From Candidatus Brevibacterium intestinigallinarum (lineage in GTDB: Bacteria; Actinomycetota; Actinomycetes; Actinomycetales; Brevibacteriaceae), in assembly GCA_019117325.1 (NCBI GenBank), contig DWZY01000329.1:1-44131 (forward strand): 44,131 nucleotides of DNA. The letters run 5' to 3'. How positions within the stretch are numbered: position 1 is the stretch's first letter; every line of letters starts with the position of its first letter. The position numbers and the translations under genes are program-made. The notes beneath the pieces were generated by a model. It was not told the origin of the DNA and made no database searches. It saw only the letters and a list, made by a program, of their open reading frames with translations. Shown here in pieces: positions 35,414 to 44,131 of this stretch.

Positions 35414-36403
35414 GTGTCCGTTCCGCTCAGCATCCTCGACCTCGTCTCCATCTCCGAGGGGTCGAGCGCCCGTGAGGCGATCGCCGCATCCGTCAGCTCC
35501 GCCCAGCTGGCCGACCGGCTGGGCTACACCCGTCTGTGGTTCGCAGAGCACCACAACACCGTCAACCTGGCCTCGAGCGCCACCGCCCTGCTCATCTCGC
35601 ACGCCGCGGCAGCGACAGAGCGGATCCGGGTGGGCGCCGGCGGCGTCATGCTGCCCAACCACGCGCCGCTCATGGTCGCGGAGCAGTACGGGACGCTCGC
35701 GAACATGCACGGCGACCGCATCGACCTGGGCCTGGGCCGCGCGCCGGGCACGGACCAGATGACGGCGCAGGCGCTGGCCCGTTCCTCTGCAGAGCCGCAG
35801 GCCTTCGCCCAGAACATCTACGACCTCCAGGGCTGGTTGGGCGAGCAGGGGCGTGCGCACAGCACACCGATCGTCTCCGCTGTCTCGCAGAGCATGGAGG
35901 TCCCCATCTGGGTCCTGGGCTCGACGGTCAACGGTGCGGCGATCGCGGGCCAGCTGGGGCTGCCGTTCTCTGTGGCCTCCCACTTCGCACCGGATCAGCT
36001 CGACCAGGCGATCCGGGTCTACCGCGACTCCTTCACGACGGAGTCACCCACCGCGCAGATCGAGGAGCCCCGGGTCATGGCGGGCATCAACGTCATGGTC
36101 GCGGACACGGACGAGGCCGCGGCGCGGGAGTTCACCGTCGTCCAGCAGATGTTCCTGGATCTGCGCACGGGCGGCAGGCGCCGGCTGCAGCCGGCGGTCG
36201 ATCCGGCGGACATTGCGACCCGCGGCGGGGACCGGAACCCCATGCTCCAGATCGCTGCGGTGGGATCACCGCAGACGGTCACGCGCCAGCTCGAGGAGTT
36301 CGTTGACCGCACCGGTGCGGATGAGCTCATCACCGTCACCTACGCATACGACCCGCAGGTCCGGGACCGGTCACTCCAGCTGCTGGCCGACGCCTGGTTC
36401 TGA
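35414..36403 (+). CDS. LLM-class (luciferase-like) flavin-dependent oxidoreductase
   Basis: LSILDL, WFAEHHN, RVGAGGVMLPNHAPL, RIDLGLGRAPGTD, ASHFAP; AGGAG SD. Confidence 0.93.
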   Translation: MSVPLSILDLVSISEGSSAREAIAASVSSAQLADRLGYTRLWFAEHHNTVNLASSATALLISHAAAATERIRVGAGGVMLPNHAPLMVAEQYGTLANMHGDRIDLGLGRAPGTDQMTAQALARSSAEPQAFAQNIYDLQGWLGEQGRAHSTPIVSAVSQSMEVPIWVLGSTVNGAAIAGQLGLPFSVASHFAPDQLDQAIRVYRDSFTTESPTAQIEEPRVMAGINVMVADTDEAAAREFTVVQQMFLDLRTGGRRRLQPAVDPADIATRGGDRNPMLQIAAVGSPQTVTRQLEEFVDRTGADELITVTYAYDPQVRDRSLQLLADAWF

Positions 36404-36416
36404 GCCCTCGCGGCAG

Positions 36417-37490
36417 TCAGAAGAGCGCGGGCTGCTCCTGGTCCGCCTGCGCACTCGAACGCGCCGCGGCTGTCGCCCCTGGGGCGAGACGCGGCCCCCG
36501 GGCCACCCGTGTTCCCGAGGCCGTGGCAGGGGCGCTGCCGTGGTCATCGTCGTGCTGGGCTGCGAGTCCCCACCGCTGCAGGAGCGGCCCGAGCCGCTGG
36601 GCGAGCATGCGGCGGTACGCCCGGGGCGCGTAGGCCGACCGGGCGTACATGCCCTCGTACGCACTCCGCAGGTCGGGCCGGTGCTCGTCCAGCCAGCGGA
36701 AGAACCATTCGCGTGCGCCCGGGCGCAGGTGCAGGGCCCCGTAGACGACGCTGTCTGCGCCGGCATCCTTGATCCGGCGGAGTGCATCGTCGAGCCGGTC
36801 GGTCGAATCCGTGAGGTAGGGGAGGACCGGCATGAGGAAGACGCGGACCCGGAAGCCCAGGTCCGCCGCAGCCCGCACAGTCGCCAGGCGTGCCGCCGTC
36901 GTGGGGGTGCCCGGTTCGAGGCTGTCCTGCAGGGCGTCGTCGTAGACGGCGATCGACATCGCCAGGTCGACGGGCACGGCATCCGCTGCGGTGCGCAGCA
37001 GCGGCAGATCCCGCCGCAGCAGCGTGCCCTTCGTGAGGATCGACAGGGGAGTGCCGGAGTCCGCCAGTGCCTCAACGATGCCCGGCATCAGCCGATAGCG
37101 GCCCTCGGCGCGCTGGTACGGGTCCGTGTTGGTGCCCAGCGCCACGTGCTCGCGCCGCCAGCTGGGCCGGGACACCTCCGCCCGCAGCACGTCCGCGATG
37201 TTGACCTTGACGACCAGCTCCCGGTCGAAGTCCTCGCCGGAGTCCAGGTCCAGGTACGTGTGGGTGTTCCGCGCGAAGCAGTAGACGCACGCGTGTGAGC
37301 ACCCGCGATACGGATTCACCGTCCACGGGAACGGCATCGCACTGCGCGTGGGCACCTTGTTGAGCGCTGACTTCGCACGCACCTCATGGAAGCGGACGCC
37401 CGCGAAGTCCGGTGTTCGGGTCGTCTGCAGCAGACCGGGGATCTGCAGGTCTCCGGCAGGTGCGGTCGTCGACTGGCTCGTCCATCGCAT
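36417..37490 (-). CDS. Rv2578c-family radical SAM protein (spore photoproduct lyase-like)
   Basis: NPYRGCSHACVYCFAR (CxxxCxxC), LGTNTDPYQRAEGRY, ILTKG, LEPGTP. Confidence 0.93.
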   Translation of the reverse strand: MRWTSQSTTAPAGDLQIPGLLQTTRTPDFAGVRFHEVRAKSALNKVPTRSAMPFPWTVNPYRGCSHACVYCFARNTHTYLDLDSGEDFDRELVVKVNIADVLRAEVSRPSWRREHVALGTNTDPYQRAEGRYRLMPGIVEALADSGTPLSILTKGTLLRRDLPLLRTAADAVPVDLAMSIAVYDDALQDSLEPGTPTTAARLATVRAAADLGFRVRVFLMPVLPYLTDSTDRLDDALRRIKDAGADSVVYGALHLRPGAREWFFRWLDEHRPDLRSAYEGMYARSAYAPRAYRRMLAQRLGPLLQRWGLAAQHDDDHGSAPATASGTRVARGPRLAPGATAAARSSAQADQEQPALF

Positions 37491-37498
37491 GCATCGAT

Positions 37499-37514
37499 TA
37501 GAACACATGATCGA
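37499..37514. promoter_or_regulatory. LexA (SOS) box
   Basis: TAGAAC-ACAT-GATCGA versus the actinobacterial consensus TCGAAC-N4-GTTCGA (2 mismatches); overlaps the -10 of the radical SAM gene. Confidence 0.75.
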
Positions 37515-37570
37515 ATAGGTCGCCAGGCGTCGGGTCGATAGCCTGTGCGACAGGTCACAGAAATCTGCTC

Positions 37571-37599
37571 TTGCAGCTGGTTGAAACTTTAACTAACAT
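37571..37599 (+). promoter_or_regulatory. yceI promoter with palindromic (MarR-type) operator
   Basis: TTGCAG-17 nt-TAACAT; the spacer holds GTTGAA-AC-TTTAAC. Confidence 0.65.
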
Positions 37600-37639
37600 G
37601 ATTCTTGTCGTCCCAACCGCACACACCGTAGGAGACACC

Positions 37640-38188
37640 ATGACTGCACTGCCCACGAACCTCACCGCCGGCACCTGGACCGTCGACACCGTCCACTCCG
37701 CCTTCACCTTCATCGCCCGCCACGCCGGCGTGTCGAAGGTCCGCGGCCAGTTCGACGTCATCGGCGGCGCGATCGAGGTCGCTGACGAGTTCGAGAACAG
37801 CACCGTGACCGCTGAGGCAGACGCCTCGTCCATCACGACCGGCAACGAGCAGCGTGACGGGCACCTGCAGTCCGGTGACTTCCTCCTGGCCGAGGAGAAC
37901 CCGAAGGTCGTCTTCCAGTCGACCGGGATCTCGAACTTCGACGGCGAGGAGTTCGACCTCGAGGGAACCCTCTCGATGCGCGGCGTCACGAAGCCGGTCT
38001 CCTTCAAGGCCGAGTTCAGTGGGGCGACCGAGGACCCCAACGGCAACACCGTCGCTGGCTTCTCCGCCACCGCGAAGATCAACCGCAAGGACTGGGGCAT
38101 GGACTTCGACGCCGTGCTCAAGGGCGGCGAGCTGCTCGTCTCGGACAAGGTGACGCTCGAGATCGACATCGAGGCCGTCAAGGCCTGA
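37640..38188 (+). CDS. YceI family protein
   Basis: GTWTVDTVHS, RHAGVSKVRGQF, SITTGNEQRDGHLQSGDF, INRKDWG; AGGAG SD. Confidence 0.95.
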   Translation: MTALPTNLTAGTWTVDTVHSAFTFIARHAGVSKVRGQFDVIGGAIEVADEFENSTVTAEADASSITTGNEQRDGHLQSGDFLLAEENPKVVFQSTGISNFDGEEFDLEGTLSMRGVTKPVSFKAEFSGATEDPNGNTVAGFSATAKINRKDWGMDFDAVLKGGELLVSDKVTLEIDIEAVKA

Positions 38189-38229
38189 TGACGAATTCCC
38201 CGCTTCGCGCGGGGGACTGATCGCATCAC

Positions 38230-38266
38230 CAGCTGTGCCCCGGGTCAACGACCCGGGGCACAGCTG
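38230..38266. terminator. Bidirectional hairpin between convergent genes
   Basis: CAGCTGTGCCCCGGGTC-AAC-GACCCGGGGCACAGCTG, perfect 17-bp stem. Confidence 0.8.
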
Positions 38267-38313
38267 CATTCAGAGGTGGGTGCGAGGCAGCCCGCGGGCC
38301 GACCGCGCGTGCC

Positions 38314-39585
38314 CTATCCCTGCGCGAAGGCGCGCAGGCGCACGGCAGCCTCCTCGACCTCGGCGGCCGTCCGGCAGAACGAGTAGCGGATGACGGACTC
38401 GAGTGCCCGGGCAGTGGGGGAGTCGGCCGCGCACAGCGCGGATCCCGGGATGCCCGTGACCCCCATCTCCCGGCTCAGGCGCTCGTTCAGGGCGAAGGCG
38501 TCCGCGGGCAGCCCCTGCTCGCGGGCCAGCTCGCGGAGGTCGGCCAGGACGAAGTAGCCCGAGGCCGCAGGCGTCACCCGCATACCGGGCACCTCCCGCA
38601 GTGCAGAGACGAGCACGTCGCGCTTCGCGGCCAGGGCCCGCGCGTTCTCCGCACCGAAGTCCGCATGGTCGGTCAGCGCGTTCGCGACCGCTGGCTGGAA
38701 GGGTGCACCCGTCGCGAACGTGAGGTACTGCTTGACGGCGCGGACGGCGGTGAGGACCTCCTGCGAGGCGATCACCCAGCCGATCTTCCAGCCCGTCGCA
38801 TTGAACGTCTTGCCCGCCGAGGACACCGTCACGACGCGCGGGTCATCGAGCACCGCGGCCGGCGCCGTGTGGGTCCCGTCGAACACGAGGTGCTCGTAGA
38901 CCTCATCGGTCAGCAGCCAGGCGTCCGCGGCCTCGGCGAGTGCGCCGATCCGGACGATCTCGTCCTGCGACAGGACCAGCCCGGTGGGGTTGTGCGGGGT
39001 GTTGACGAGGACGATCGAGGTCGACTCCGTCACTGCCGCGGCGAGCCGGTCGACGTCGACCCGCGCGCCGTCCGCATCGATGTCGAGGCCCACCGGCACC
39101 AGCCGGGCACCCGCCAGCGCCGCTGCTGCGGCGTACGAGTCGTAGTAGGGCTCCAGGACGACGATGTCCGTTCCCGGGGGAGCCAGGGCGACGATCGCAG
39201 CGGTGAGGGCCTCGGTCGCGCCGGTCGTCACGAGGACGTCCCGCGCGTCGACGCGGTGGCCCCAGTCCCGCAGGCGCTGCTGAGCGATCGCCTCGCGCAG
39301 CGCGGGCGCCCCCTGCGGCGGCGGGTACTGGTTCGCGCCGACGCGCATCGCCTCGTGCGCCGCCTCGACCAGGAAGTCCGGTGTGGGATCGCCCGGCGCG
39401 CCCTGCCCCAGGTTGACCGCATCGCACGACAGCGCGAGGGCCGTCATCCGACCGAAGATCGTCTCCTGCACCTCACCGGTGGGGCTGATGAGTCCCGCCG
39501 CCTCGGACATCCGGTGCCACAGCGGCTGCTCGCCGGACTGGCTGCCGGGCAGGACTGTGCGGGTCTGGCTGACCTTCCCGCTCAT
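38314..39585 (-). CDS. PLP-dependent class I/II aminotransferase (YbdL/DapC-like)
   Basis: NLGQG, TTGATEA, EPYYDSY, NTPHNPTG, DEVYE, SSAGKTFNATGWKIGW; ATGA overlap with hisN. Confidence 0.92.
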   Translation of the reverse strand: MSGKVSQTRTVLPGSQSGEQPLWHRMSEAAGLISPTGEVQETIFGRMTALALSCDAVNLGQGAPGDPTPDFLVEAAHEAMRVGANQYPPPQGAPALREAIAQQRLRDWGHRVDARDVLVTTGATEALTAAIVALAPPGTDIVVLEPYYDSYAAAAALAGARLVPVGLDIDADGARVDVDRLAAAVTESTSIVLVNTPHNPTGLVLSQDEIVRIGALAEAADAWLLTDEVYEHLVFDGTHTAPAAVLDDPRVVTVSSAGKTFNATGWKIGWVIASQEVLTAVRAVKQYLTFATGAPFQPAVANALTDHADFGAENARALAAKRDVLVSALREVPGMRVTPAASGYFVLADLRELAREQGLPADAFALNERLSREMGVTGIPGSALCAADSPTARALESVIRYSFCRTAAEVEEAAVRLRAFAQG

Positions 39586-40373
39586 GCGCCGGCCCCGTTC
39601 AGGCGCGTGCGAGCGGCCTCGTGGAGCAGGCCGTTGCTGGCGATGGCATCCCCACCGAACGGTCCCGACCTCCCGTCCAGACCCGTGAAGGTGCCGCCAG
39701 CCTCCGTGACGATCGGCACGAGCGCGGCCATGTCGTAGAGCTCGAGCTCCGGCTCCGCCGCGATCTCGACGACGCCCTCGGCCACCATCATGTAGGACCA
39801 GAAGTCGCCGTACGCGCGCGTGCGCCACACGTCATCGAAGAGACCCAGGAGGCCGTCCCGCAGGCCGCGCTCCTGCCAGCCGCTCAGCGAGGAGTAGGAC
39901 ACCGAGGCATCGGCCAGGTCCCCGACCCGAGAGACTCCCAGCCGCTGGGCCTGCCCGCCGCGCACGGAGCGGAACGCTCCGCCCCCGGCGCTCGCCCACC
40001 AGCGCAGGCCCAGCGCGGGCGCGCTCACGACTCCCACGAGCGGCTCCTCGCCGTCGTAGAGGCCGATGAGAGTGGCCCACACGGGCACGCCGCGCACGAA
40101 GTTCTTGGTTCCGTCGATCGGGTCGATGATCCAGCGGCGACCGCCCTCCGACCCGCGCGAGCCGAACTCCTCGCCCAGCAGGGCATCGTCCGGGCGCTCG
40201 TCCGCGAGCCGCTGGGAGACCAGCTGCTCGACGGCGCGGTCCACCTCCGTCACGGGAGTGAGGTCGGGCTTCGACTCGACGGCGAAGTCGTGCGCGTCGA
40301 AGCGCGGCAGCGCGAGCGAGTCTGCCGCATCCGCAAGAGACAGGGCCAGGGAGAGGTCATCTGCGACGGTCAT
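39582..40373 (-). CDS. hisN: Histidinol-phosphatase (inositol monophosphatase family)
   Basis: KPDLTPVT, GEEFG, WIIDPIDGTKNFVRGVPVWATLI, RAYGDFWSY, DMAAL. Confidence 0.92.
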   Translation of the reverse strand: MTVADDLSLALSLADAADSLALPRFDAHDFAVESKPDLTPVTEVDRAVEQLVSQRLADERPDDALLGEEFGSRGSEGGRRWIIDPIDGTKNFVRGVPVWATLIGLYDGEEPLVGVVSAPALGLRWWASAGGGAFRSVRGGQAQRLGVSRVGDLADASVSYSSLSGWQERGLRDGLLGLFDDVWRTRAYGDFWSYMMVAEGVVEIAAEPELELYDMAALVPIVTEAGGTFTGLDGRSGPFGGDAIASNGLLHEAARTRLNGAGA

Positions 40374-40475
40374 GGCCCCAGTCTAGGGATCCCCGGACCG
40401 CTGGGAGTGCCCGTCCGCAGCGCGGTCAGGACTCTGCAGCGCACCTGGTCGCTGCGGGGCCAGGCCCTGCCGCGC

Positions 40476-41513
40476 TCAGGGCCCCGCGGTGCGAGAGAGG
40501 CTGCCCAGCAGACGTCGCAGCGAGTCGAGCCGACGGGCTCCGGAGCTGCCCGCGTGCCCGTCCTCGACCCACGCGTCCAGTGCGCAGCCGATGGCTCCCG
40601 CCGCGTGCGTGCACCCGCGCGGGCAGTCTGCGGTGGCGGGCGCCAGCTCCGCGAACGCCGCGACGACCGAGTCCGGGTCGACGTGCGCCAAACCGAAGCT
40701 GCGCACTCCCGGCGTGTCGATGACCCAGCCGCCCTGCGGCAGCGGCAGTGCCCACGTCGAGGAGGAGGTGTGGCGCCCGGTGCCGCTCGACTCGCTCACC
40801 TCGCCCGTCGCCCGGTCCGCGCCGGGGACCAGCCGGTTGATGAGCGTCGACTTGCCCACGCCGGAATGCCCCAGCAGGACGCTCTGCCGCTCGACGAGGT
40901 GGGGCAGCAGCGCATCGATCCGGGGCCTGCCATCCGCGCCGAAGCCGCACTCGACGATCTCGACATCGACATCCGCGAACCTCTCCCGCACCTCGGTGGC
41001 GGGACGCAGATCTGTCTTCGTCACCGCGATGAGGGGGCGGATGCCCGCGTCGAGCGCGGCGACCGCCGTCCGGTCGAGGAAGCCCCACGAGGGCTCCGGG
41101 TCCGCGGTGGCCGTCACGACGACCAGGGTGTCCGCGTTCGCGACGACCACCCGCTCGGTGGGGTCGGTGTCGTCCGAGGACCGCCGCAGCACTGTCGTCC
41201 GCTCCGCGACGGTCACGATGCGGGCCAGGGTGCCGTCCGCGCCGGTGGTGTCGCCGGTCATCGTCACCCGGTCGCCGGGCACGATGGACCGCTTGCGCAG
41301 GTGCGAGGCACGGACGCACGTGAGGACGGGGGCATCCGCCGAGGCCGTGGCCAGGTCCGTGCCCGGGACCACCCGGAAGCGGCCCCGGTCGACGGAGACG
41401 ACGACCCCGGGGACCGCATCCGCGTAGTCCGGGCGGCGCTTGGTGCGCGGGCGACTGCCGCGCCGGCTGGGCCGGGGGCGGTAGTCCTCCTCGCGAGTGA
41501 TGGAGCGTCCCAT
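40476..41513 (-). CDS. rsgA: Ribosome small subunit-dependent GTPase A
   Basis: TKTDL, GHSGVGKSTLIN, GRHTSS, DTPGVR, CPRGCTH...C. Confidence 0.95.
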   Translation of the reverse strand: MGRSITREEDYRPRPSRRGSRPRTKRRPDYADAVPGVVVSVDRGRFRVVPGTDLATASADAPVLTCVRASHLRKRSIVPGDRVTMTGDTTGADGTLARIVTVAERTTVLRRSSDDTDPTERVVVANADTLVVVTATADPEPSWGFLDRTAVAALDAGIRPLIAVTKTDLRPATEVRERFADVDVEIVECGFGADGRPRIDALLPHLVERQSVLLGHSGVGKSTLINRLVPGADRATGEVSESSGTGRHTSSSTWALPLPQGGWVIDTPGVRSFGLAHVDPDSVVAAFAELAPATADCPRGCTHAAGAIGCALDAWVEDGHAGSSGARRLDSLRRLLGSLSRTAGP

Positions 41514-41526
41514 GGCGACCCCGCGC

Positions 41527-42828
41527 TCAGACGCCCACGGCCTGCTCCCACAGGTCCATGAAGTCCGGCATCGTCTTCGCGACGGTGCCCGGGTCGTCCA
41601 GCACCGTGCCGGGCACGCGCAGCGCGATGATCGCGCCGGCCATGACCATGCGGTGATCGTGGTACGTGCCCCAGACGGACGGCTGGTGCGGTGCGGAGCG
41701 GATGGTGAGGCTGTCCGGAGCCTCCTCGACATCCGCGCCGGCCTTGGTGAGCTCCGTCGTCAGGGCGGACAGCCGGTCCGTCTCATGGCCGCGCAGATGA
41801 CCGATGCCGCGCAGCGTGCTGGTCCCGTTCGCGAACGCGGCGACCGCCGCGGTCACGGGCGTCAGCTCGCCCACGTGTGAGAGGTCCAGGTCGACCGGGG
41901 ACAGCGTCGTGGGACCCGTGACGGTCAGCCCGGCGCGGGTCAGCGACACGGAGCCGCCGAACGCGACGGCGATGCGGCGGAACTCGTCGCCCGCCTGCGT
42001 CGTGTGCGCCGGCCAGTGGGGGATCGTGACGGTCCCGCCGGTCACCAGCGCGGCACCCAGGAAGGGGGCCGCGTTCGAGAGGTCGGGCTCGACGACGACA
42101 TCCAGGCCGCGGGGGCGGCCCGGCTCCACGACCCAGTGCCCGGGCTGCGGCTCCTCGACCGTCACCCCTGCATCCGCGAGCACCTCGATCGTCATGTCGA
42201 TGTGCGGGCGCGAGGGCAGTGCGTCACCCGTGTGGGTGACGTCGACGCCCAGGTCGAAGAGGCCGCCGGACAGCAGCAGTCCGGACACGAACTGGCTGGA
42301 GGCGGATGCATCGATCTGCACGTGGCCGCCGCGCACCCCGCCGGGCGCGGTCACGGTGAAGGGCAGACGGCCGTCCGCGGACTCCACCTGGACGCCCAGC
42401 GCCGTGAGCGCGTCGAGCAGTGTCGACATGGGGCGGGTGTAGGCCGTCTCGTCGCCGTCGAAGCGGACGGGGCGGCCGGTCGCCGCGGCCAGCGGCGGCA
42501 CGAACCGCATGACGGTGCCCGCCAGCCCGCAGTCCACGGTGAGCGGGGCCGGGGACCCGGTCGCGGCCTCGGGAGCGGGGATCGGAGTCACCCGCAGGTC
42601 CCCGCGGTCGTCCGTCGTGGCCCCGGCGCCCAGGCTGCGGATCGCATCGATCATGAGCTGGGTGTCGCGGCTGACGAGGGGGTTGCGGATGATCGACGGC
42701 GCGTCCGCGGCCGCCGCGGTGACGAGGTAGCGATTGGTGAGCGACTTGGAGCCGGGGACCACGACCTCGGCGTGGACGGGGGCCGAGGTCGCGGGTGCCT
42801 CCCAGCGGGAGGAGGAGACGTCCGCCAT
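41527..42828 (-). CDS. aroA: 3-phosphoshikimate 1-carboxyvinyltransferase
   Basis: PGSKSLTNR, CGLAGTVMRF, ASSQFVS, HETDRL, YHDHRM, KTMPDF. Confidence 0.97.
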   Translation of the reverse strand: MADVSSSRWEAPATSAPVHAEVVVPGSKSLTNRYLVTAAAADAPSIIRNPLVSRDTQLMIDAIRSLGAGATTDDRGDLRVTPIPAPEAATGSPAPLTVDCGLAGTVMRFVPPLAAATGRPVRFDGDETAYTRPMSTLLDALTALGVQVESADGRLPFTVTAPGGVRGGHVQIDASASSQFVSGLLLSGGLFDLGVDVTHTGDALPSRPHIDMTIEVLADAGVTVEEPQPGHWVVEPGRPRGLDVVVEPDLSNAAPFLGAALVTGGTVTIPHWPAHTTQAGDEFRRIAVAFGGSVSLTRAGLTVTGPTTLSPVDLDLSHVGELTPVTAAVAAFANGTSTLRGIGHLRGHETDRLSALTTELTKAGADVEEAPDSLTIRSAPHQPSVWGTYHDHRMVMAGAIIALRVPGTVLDDPGTVAKTMPDFMDLWEQAVGV

Positions 42829-43325
42829 CAACGCGGCGTGACGGCGTCGACCGCCTTCGCGGAGGTCTTCTCGATGTTCTTCCGCAGGTCCTCGGCGGCG
42901 TGCTGGGCGCGCCACATGAGACCCGGGCGGCCGGCCGTGTCGACGCTGGCCAGCAGCGCGCCGCCCAGCATCGAGGAGCGCATGAGCAGCTCATTGCGCC
43001 GTGCAGCCTTCTCCTCCTTCGTCTGCGCCTTCCCGCTGCTCAGCGCATCGCCCGCGAGGTCCATGACGTAGGTGCTCACGAGGACGGCGGAGGCGGCGCG
43101 GGGGAACCGGCCGATCGCCAGCAGGGCACCGGCACCGGCCTGTGCGGCTCCGCAGGCGCGCGCGACGGTCTCCGGGCCCACCGGCAGGTCGACGAACCTG
43201 CGGGCGAGGGAGAGGACGGCCTCGGTCGACTCGACGGAGGCGCGCGGGTCACGGACCCGGGCGATGCCGTTCGCGATGTAGGCGCTGGCGAGCAGGGGAC
43301 GGGCGAGCAGGCGGACAGGGTTCAC
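42828..43325 (-). CDS. DoxX-family membrane protein
   Basis: VRLLARPLLAS, LAIGRFPR, GGALLASVDTAGRPGL.WRA; GGAAGGA SD. Confidence 0.85.
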   Translation of the reverse strand: MNPVRLLARPLLASAYIANGIARVRDPRASVESTEAVLSLARRFVDLPVGPETVARACGAAQAGAGALLAIGRFPRAASAVLVSTYVMDLAGDALSSGKAQTKEEKAARRNELLMRSSMLGGALLASVDTAGRPGLMWRAQHAAEDLRKNIEKTSAKAVDAVTPR

Positions 43326-43377
43326 GGTGGATCCTTCCGAGCAGGGTATGCGGTCTGTGCCACAGCATATCGTCCTC

Positions 43378-43403
43378 GGAATACGGGCGGGGGAGGGAGC
43401 GTT
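43378..43403 (+). promoter_or_regulatory. SigH/SigR autoregulatory promoter
   Basis: GGAAT-N18-GTT, an exact match to the SigR consensus. Confidence 0.8.
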
Positions 43404-43476
43404 CCCGTGATGCAAGGAGGTGGCCGTGCCGACTGACACGACAGAGAGGCTCAGCGAGGGCCTACGATGGGATGCG

Positions 43477-44088
43477 ATGACTGAGATCGCCCATCCGCCC
43501 GCAGCGGAGACAGACGACGAGCGCCACGAGCGCTTCGAGCGCGACGCGCTGGAGTACGTCAACCAGCTCTACGGCGCCGCACTGCGCATGACGCGCAATC
43601 CGGCTGACGCGGAGGACCTGGTGCAGGAGGCCTACGCGAAGGCGTACGCGGCCTTCCACCAGTACACGCCCGGGACCAACCTCAAGGCGTGGCTGTACCG
43701 GATCCTCACGAACACCTTCATCAACAACTACCGCAAGAAGCAGCGCAGGCCGCAGGAGTCCAGCGGCGAGGGCGTCGAGGACTGGCAGCTCCACCGCGCC
43801 GCCAGCCACACCTCGTCCGAAGGCCGCTCCGCAGAGCTCGTCGCCCTCGACCACCTGCCGGACTCCGACGTGACGGACGCCCTGTCCTCCCTGCCGGAGG
43901 ACCGGCGGATGGTCGTCTACTACGCGGATGTCGAGGGCATGCCGTACAAGGAGATCGCGGAGGTCATGGGGACTCCGATCGGCACGGTCATGTCCCGCCT
44001 GCACCGCGGGCGGCGGCAGCTGCGGGAGCTCCTGGCGGACTACGCGCAGGACCGCGGATTCGGACTCGAGTCGAAGGAGGAGTCGTGA
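43477..44088 (+). CDS. sigH: ECF sigma factor SigH/SigR (longer in-frame start at GTG 43426)
   Basis: [54 protein letters not shown]; aroA-DoxX-sigH synteny. Confidence 0.93.
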   Translation: MTEIAHPPAAETDDERHERFERDALEYVNQLYGAALRMTRNPADAEDLVQEAYAKAYAAFHQYTPGTNLKAWLYRILTNTFINNYRKKQRRPQESSGEGVEDWQLHRAASHTSSEGRSAELVALDHLPDSDVTDALSSLPEDRRMVVYYADVEGMPYKEIAEVMGTPIGTVMSRLHRGRRQLRELLADYAQDRGFGLESKEES

Positions 44089-44131
44089 GCATGGGCACCG
44101 GGAACGAGAAGCGCGACGACCCCTGCGGCGC
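44085..44131 (+). CDS. rsrA: 5' end of zinc anti-sigma factor RsrA/RshA, partial
   Basis: AAGGAGG SD, GTGA overlap with the sigH stop, (V/M)[14 protein letters not shown]; assignment mostly by position. Confidence 0.6.
   Translation, partial: MSMGTGNEKRDDPCG

Noticed and set aside
33898-38266. Genomic island or prophage integrated at tRNA-fMet
   Set aside because: No integrase or transposase, no duplicated tRNA 3' end seen, and codon style similar to the flanks.

Overview
High-GC (visually about 70%) actinobacterial chromosomal DNA, most likely Micrococcales. It is almost entirely conserved core gene order: LOG (partial)-folP2-like-DivIVA-domain-GT-C glycosyltransferase-DUF3117; O-methyltransferase, alkyltransferase-like protein, tatB, mrp-DUF1003-MgtE-N/CBS, S58 and M24 peptidases, PHP, DEAD helicase, DUF3107. 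A DNA-repair block follows (adnA-adnB, APH-like, nudC-uvrD2, ThiF-like, YgjP/M48 protease, NUDIX), then zincin, PDZ-Lon, UPF0182 and tRNA-fMet. Next come a short accessory/stress stretch (MpaB-type oxygenase, LLM, Rv2578c-type radical SAM, YceI), aminotransferase-hisN-rsgA-aroA-DoxX and sigH/sigR-rsrA (partial). I found no mobile element, prophage, CRISPR array or defence island. The most interesting signals are non-coding. (1) Three copies of a TGTCCG-N10-TnnnnT PafBC/RecA-NDp-type promoter link adnAB, nudC-uvrD2 and an uncharacterised HExxH protease. (2) A cluster of co-oriented DnaA-box-like sites with several hairpins lies directly upstream of that protease, with no dnaA/dnaN in the window. 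(3) Other regulatory sites are a LexA box, two SigH promoters (one predicting a two-isoform sigma factor) and orphan MarR/TetR-type operators. Protein oddities include a cysteine-free NudC, a probable pseudo-kinase with a His/Asp heptad tail and a degenerate AdnA motor. All family assignments come from motif recognition by eye, not database searches.
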